Below are positions 58,300 through 64,000 of a stretch of 64,000 nt of DNA, one piece after another. The notes under the pieces are model-generated. The model did not search any database. It saw only the letters and a list, made by a program, of their open reading frames with translations, and was not told the origin of the DNA. Positions within the stretch are counted from its first letter, which is position 1. Each line of letters starts with the position of its first letter. The DNA is taken from assembly GCF_009914755.1 (NCBI RefSeq), contig NC_060931.1; one strand, 5' to 3'. The DNA is from the human T2T-CHM13v2.0 reference genome, Homo sapiens. The position numbers were made by a program, and so were the translations under genes.

Positions 58300-59020
58300 C
58301 GTGGACCACACAAATGTGATTGAAAGCTGGCGTGGAGTCATCTTAAATTGACTTTTTCCCAAAGGGCCCCTAAAAGAGGGTAGAATCCCAACAGATAGAG
58401 TCTATGGAGAGATAGACTGCTGAGACCCATATTATGGTCAGTGAAGTGCAGGCAAGGAAGGGATCCTTAGCAAAATGGGGAGAGGAATGGATGGTCTGAA
58501 AAACCCTGAAGGAACTGAAACACTCTGCAAAGGAAAGAAGAACAAGTATCAGCTTTGACCCCTGCCAGACCTAGGCAGCAACAACGGCAGCTCACAAAGC
58601 ACCAGAACAAACGCGCTTTCTTGTGCCCCTACATGTCTTCCCTTCACCGTCTTGAACCCTGGTGTCATCATAAACTGTGTAAGTTAACAACTGAGGAGGG
58701 GAAGAATGATAAATTGGGAAAATAGAAAAGTGTCTGGGCCCTACTTTCATACCGTAGGCCAGCCTTCTGTAGCATGGCAGATTAGGCAAGTGCAGAAGCC
58801 TTAATTTTGAATGAAAGTTGGAGTTTTTGTTCTGCTCTGGCTGTACCTATCAGTTTCAAAACTGGAATAGTTTAAATGACTAAAGTACTAGGAAGATTTT
58901 ATTACTTAATACAACTATGGAGAACTGACCAAGATTTTATCTAGGGGGAGGAGTATCACCCTACAGAGCAGACTTTAAGGGACATTATGAGAGAAAACAG
59001 TTACTTAGTGATTTAATGTT
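58300..59020 (+). mobile_element. Ancient LTR fragment (LTR78-like)
   Basis: Shares phrases with 22870-23070 (GCCTTAATTTTGAATGAAAGTT.., ..TCTAGGGG.., ACTTTAAGG..GAGAGAAAA). Confidence 0.35.
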
Positions 59021-60369
59021 GCCAATTCTGTTCTTTAGAATACCATCATGTATTTATATCCCTATATATCACATAACTAAAATATACATTTATCTGTACG
59101 CGTGTGTATCATATGGAGCACATTTTCTTTTGCAGGGTTTCTTTGTTTTAAATGTCTATTTGGTTATTTTCTTGATTGAATTTCTGTGTATGCTTTTTTC
59201 CTCAATGCTTTAGCTGTAAGCGAATAAGGTAAGGACTTTGTATGCAATATTCTACATGTTTTGTTTTATAATTAGAGAATATCTTATTTTATCTAAACCT
59301 CGTGTATCACGTGATATATTTGACACCCTGTCATATATCATACTTGGATGCAAATGTTTATGAAACACAAATCATCTCAAATCAACAGGATCAAAATTAT
59401 ATTTGAAAAATGTATTCAATAATATGTGTAAGACAAGATAAAATTAATTCTAATTGAATTCACACAGCGTTTGAAATTGGATGTAAATCTGTAATATCAA
59501 ATTACATTACATATGAATTATTATTATATTTGCATTCAGGAAATTGTACTGTGTTCACTTCTGAGTATCACTTAGAAAGAACATTAGAACAGATACCCTA
59601 TTTTCACTTTCTCTTCTCTTTTCCTGCTCCTTTTCTTCCTCTTTTCAATAACCTGTCATTGAAAAATCTCTCCATCTTAATTATCAATATGAAAGACTGA
59701 TTCTGAGAAATGTAGAGAACCTAAGATTTGCATTTTAGGGGAATATAGAATATAATTAATAAATATTTTTATAAGTATGTAAAATATTTAAGAGGTAACA
59801 ATTTTAAGATCTTAAAAGTCTTCTATCAAATACTGAATTTTAGATGTTAAGGCTAGTAGAGCTGTACAAAAAACAACAGCTTCTTGTATGAATGTTCCTC
59901 AGTTTAAATATTTAGTGTTCTATTATCAGTATGTGGGCATTAAAAAAACAAGTCATTTGAAACTGATAGAGATAATTAAGAAATTCTTAGATTTTGGGTA
60001 TAGGTGCTGCAACTTAGAATTTAAGTGTCGTCCAAAAGAGATTAGTATTGGTCATAACATGGACTCTAAAGCACCATTTAAATGAAGCATGTAAAAAAGA
60101 ATATTCTAGTACACAAAAATTATTAATGGCCTAGAATGACCTCCTTCTCACTCATATGATGCAAAGAATAAAGTATATAAAAATGTTTGTTACAATGGCT
60201 ATCCATAAAAAAGAAAACCCTCCAAAACAGCAAAATTGAATAGGTATCCACAGTCAACTTTATCCTGAAAATTGCCTAGAAATACTGGTTGTGATTACAC
60301 AGCATCCTGAGACCAATGAATCTTTAGACAGTAATAATTTCCTACTCTAAAGCTATTCTCTACTTCCTC

Positions 60370-60720
60370 CTTAGTGACAGAGCTCCTTGCTGCTCAAATT
60401 TTATGCCAGATAAAATATTCACCTTCTCGGACTCCCTGGCACCAGGCATGGCCATGTAATGTAAGTGTAGGCAATGAGACTAGGTATGGACCCATTAGGG
60501 GTTTCTTAGAATGTTTTTGCTTTTCTAATATAGACAACCCTTTGTCTCTTTCTCTTTCTCCAGCCTACAGCACAGCTGATGAAAGAGAAGACATCTTGCT
60601 GCTATTTGACAAGCAAGAAGATAAAAGCTTTCCTATAAAGATGATGGAGCAAAAAAATAGAAGGGGCCTAGACTCCCTACCTTCACACTTCCTGCTATAA
60701 AAGCATTGCTATTATAAGGT
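60370..60720 (+). mobile_element. MLT1J/K/L-like LTR fragment
   Basis: CTTCCTCCTTAGTGACAGAGCTCC, GGCATGGCCATGT and AAGATGATGGAGCA..AGAAGGGGCCTAGACTCCCT are MaLR phrases. Confidence 0.55.
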
Positions 60721-60985
60721 TAATCTGCAGAAACAGACTTCTATGTCATATGCTTAAATGCATCAAAATTCATACAATATCCATTAAATTGGTAAAAGTA
60801 TCCATTTTAAAGGATTAATCTGAGGGACCCACAGACACTTAACACAATCAAATCTCAGAAAAAAAATCAGTTATTTCATTGTGATTTTGAGGCTGATCTT
60901 TTATGATCTTTTAGTTATCAAACTGTTAAATACATTTTAACTTTCAAATTTTATGAATAAAGGAGATGAATCCTGTTATTTTCTC
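60564..60985 (+). ncRNA. MAGI2-AS3: Probable terminal exon of MAGI2-AS3
   Basis: Strong acceptor TTTGTCTCTTTCTCTTTCTCCAG| at 60563. AATAAA at 60956-60961 followed by a GT-rich downstream element at ~60987-61008. The 3' end is approximate. Confidence 0.55.
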
Positions 60986-61008
60986 AGTGTGAGTGTGATG
61001 ATGTGTGT
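60956..61008 (+). terminator. Polyadenylation signal AATAAA plus GU-rich downstream element
   Basis: AATAAA at 60956-60961, then GTGTGAGTGTGATGATGTGTGT about 25 nt downstream, the canonical CPSF/CstF spacing. Confidence 0.5.
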
Positions 61009-61213
61009 CATATGTGCCTATGTATGCACACACATGTACTCAAGGAGCCTGAAAGGGACCATGACTTTCTGGGCACTCAATGCTACTTATCTCTAACTCC
61101 TCCTTCAAATGTCCCCATTCTAAGTCTACTTCCTTAGGGAATAGGTACAAATATATCCCATTAAACATGATTTAAGGATGTATTTATTTTAAACTTGTCA
61201 TCACTGGTGGTTG

Positions 61214-61216
<3 letters not shown>

Positions 61217-61252
<36 letters not shown>
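61217..61252. repeat. (GT)n microsatellite
   Basis: About 18 GT units seen directly. Confidence 0.95.
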
Positions 61253-61255
<3 letters not shown>

Positions 61256-62296
61256 TCTGACTCATTTATTTTATCTGATGGTAAGATACCCTATTGAAGA
61301 GATATTTATTTATAGAGCCAAACAATGAGCTTCTTTCTCACTCTTGGACTTCTGCTCTAGCTGTCAGCCACTCTGAATATAGAGAACAATTAATAGCCAG
61401 TGATCTTTAATTTGGGAGGGAGAGTAATATAACCATTTCACATATTAGTAATTTAAGCCCTAAAGTGACATTTTTGTACAAAGTCAGTGCAGATGCTGTC
61501 TGCCTTGATAATAAAAATGGTCACTTTAAATATCACGTAAGCCACCCCATCACATCATCTCATTGAAATGAAGGAAGATGAAAAGTTACTGAGTCAAAAC
61601 AATACTTGAAGGAAAACAACTTCTCAAAGTCTGGAAGCTGTTTCCATGGGAACTGGCTGGACTGATAAATAATTGGAGGCCTTTGCATATATTGTCCCTT
61701 AAATGTGAGCAGCACTTGGGAGGAAGAAGGCTGAACAAGGCTGCATTTTTGACCCACTGCCCATCCCTATTACAGAGATTTAGGGATTTTGCCAATCACA
61801 AATTCAAACAGCCATCCATTTCCTGAAACATAATTTAATTTTAGTGGTAGCTAGGGACATTGCTTCCTTAGATTTTACTACCCTCTGTGTACTGATATCC
61901 ATCAAACACACAGAAAATGTGGTTCCTTGTAAAACAACATGAATAAAGAAGGGTTGGGAAAAATGTTACATGGAAACTTGCAATGTGATATCAACCGTAG
62001 GCAAGGACAGTACTTATAAGCAATGCTTGGGAGGTATATAAGATTCTTAAATACTGTTTCAGGGGGGAAAAATTTAAAGACAAGACTATCTGAATGATCC
62101 AGAAATAAAGTATCAACCTAGAAGACAGAAGAAGGCAACAGATTAGGATTCCTTTTCACTATAGTCAAGCATACTTAAAGCTAGAAATTGTTCAGAAAGT
62201 TACATACATTAATCTGCCTTCTGATTTAAGAATACAAGGAGGCTTCTGTCAACACTTAAGTAGGTAGTGAGAGATACCTACAGAAGCCTATGTCCC

Positions 62297-64000
62297 TTTT
62301 TTTTCATTTCAACTTTTAGTTACAGGGGTTACACGTGTAGATTTGTTACATGGGAATATTATGTGATGCTGAGGTTTGGAGTATAGATCCCGTCATCCAG
62401 GTAGTGAGCATAGTACCCAATAGGTAGTTGTTTAACCCACTCACCATTCTCTCTACTCTACAGTAGTCCACAGTGTCTGGTTGTTCCCATACTTATGTCC
62501 ATGTTTTTAGCTCCCACTTACAAGCAGAAACTTGAAGTATTTGTTTTTCTATTTCTGCATTAATTTATTTAGGATTATGACCTCCAGCTCCATCCACGTT
62601 GCTGCAAAAATATGATTTCATTCATTTTTGTTGGATGCGTAGTGTTCCATTGTGTATATGTACCACATTTCCTTTATCCAATCTATGGTTGATGGACACC
62701 TGGGTTGATTCCCTGTCTTTGCTATTGTAAATAGTGTGACAATGAACATACGAGTGCTGTGTTTTTCTGGTAGAATGATTAATTTTCTTTTGGGTATATA
62801 CCCAGTGATGGGATTGCTGGATCAAATGGTAGCTCTGTTTTAAGTTCTTTGAGAAATCTCCAGAGTGTTTTCCACAGCAGCTGGACTAATTTACATTCCT
62901 CCAACTGTGTATAAGCATTCTCTTTTTGACCCAGCCTTGCCAGCATCTGTTGTTTTTGACTTTTTAATAATAGCCATTCTGACTGGTGTGAGATGGTATC
63001 TCACTGTGGTTATGATTTCCATTTCTCTGGTGATTAATTATGATGAGTGTTTTTTCATCACTTGTATGTGTTTGTTGGCCACTTGTATGTATTCTTTTGA
63101 GTAGTGTCTGTTCATGTCCTTTGCCCATTTTTTTTAATGGCGGTTATTTGGCTTTTGCTTGTTGATTTGTTTAAGTTCCCTACAGATTCTGGGTATTAGG
63201 CCTTTATCAGATCCATAGTTTGCAAGCATCTTCCCCGCTTCTGTAGGTTGTCTGTTTACTTTGTTGATAGTTTCTTTTCCTATGCAGAAGCTCTTTAGTT
63301 TAATTAGTTCCTACTTGTCTATTTTTGTTTTTGTTGCAATTGCTTTTGGAGACTTAGCCAAAAATTTTTCACCATGGCCTATGTTGAGAATATTTCCTAG
63401 GTTGTCTTCCTCAATTTTTATAGTTTGAGAAATATTTAATCTATTTTGAGTTAATTTTTGTTATGGTGAAAGGTAGGGGTCCAGCTTCAATCTTTTGCAT
63501 ATGGCTAACCAGTTATCCCAGCACCATTTATTAAATAAAGATTCCTTTTTCCATTGCCTGTTTTTGCTGGCCTTGTCGAAGCTCAGATGGTTGTAGGTGT
63601 ATGGCTTTATACCAGTACCAACCTTTTATAGTTACTGTGGCTTTACAGTATAGTTTGAAGTTGGGTAATATGATGCCTCTGGCTTTGTTCTTTTTGCTTA
63701 GCATTGCTTTGGCTATTTGGGCTCTTTTTAAAAAGAATTTTAAAATACTTTTTTCTAATTCTGTAAAGAATGATGCTGGTAGTTTGATGAAAATAGCATT
63801 GAATCTGTAAATTGCTCTGGGCAGTACGGCATTTTAAAAATATTGATTCTTCCAACCCATGAACATGCAGTTTTTCCATTTATTTGTATCATCTCTGATT
63901 TATTTAAGCAGTGTTTTGTAGTTCTTGTATAGATCTTTCAGCTCCTTTGTTAACTGTATTCCTAAATATTTCACTTTCTTTGTGTCTATTACCAGGCCTA
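62297..64000 (-). mobile_element. L1 (L1PA15/16-like) 3' portion, running off the window end
   Basis: Reverse L1 3' UTR (TTTGTTACATGGG..GATGCTGAGGTTTGG..CATAGTACCCAATAGGTAG) followed by decayed ORF2. Confidence 0.92.

Noticed and set aside
59305-59316. 12-bp palindrome TATCACGTGATA (E-box)
   Set aside because: An isolated motif in AT-rich DNA with no supporting cluster. Compatible with chance.

Overview
Primate, most likely human, genomic DNA: AT-rich, CpG-depleted, and full of Alu, L1PA/L1MA, L2, MIR, MLT and LTR16 repeats. The only credible protein-coding sequence is coding exon 1 of MAGI2 (membrane-associated guanylate kinase inverted 2 / S-SCAM) on the minus strand. It runs from the ATG at 43123 to a GT donor at 42822, giving 301 coding nt of the N-terminal PDZ0 domain. 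Positions 1-42822 are the start of MAGI2's very large intron 1. A CpG island at about 41.9-44.7 kb is a bidirectional promoter shared with the + strand lncRNA MAGI2-AS3. A plausible exon chain for that lncRNA can be read from splice signals: donor at 43458, internal exon 48638-48790, terminal exon from 60564 with AATAAA at 60956. All other long ORFs are L1 ORF2 remnants, Alu read-throughs or GC-rich chance ORFs. I found no wholly new gene system. The observations most worth checking are: (i) an Alu carrying a ~146-bp copy of genomic DNA from 814 bp upstream, plus several other locally templated duplication/hairpin scars; (ii) a (CGG)6 tract in the MAGI2 5'UTR / MAGI2-AS3 exon 1 overlap, with initiator codons in all three + strand frames and predicted spliced 53-aa and 32-aa micro-ORFs; (iii) a 129-bp tandem duplication that doubles candidate splice acceptors; (iv) a 28-bp-arm inverted repeat. 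Repeat subfamily names and boundaries were assigned by eye and are approximate.
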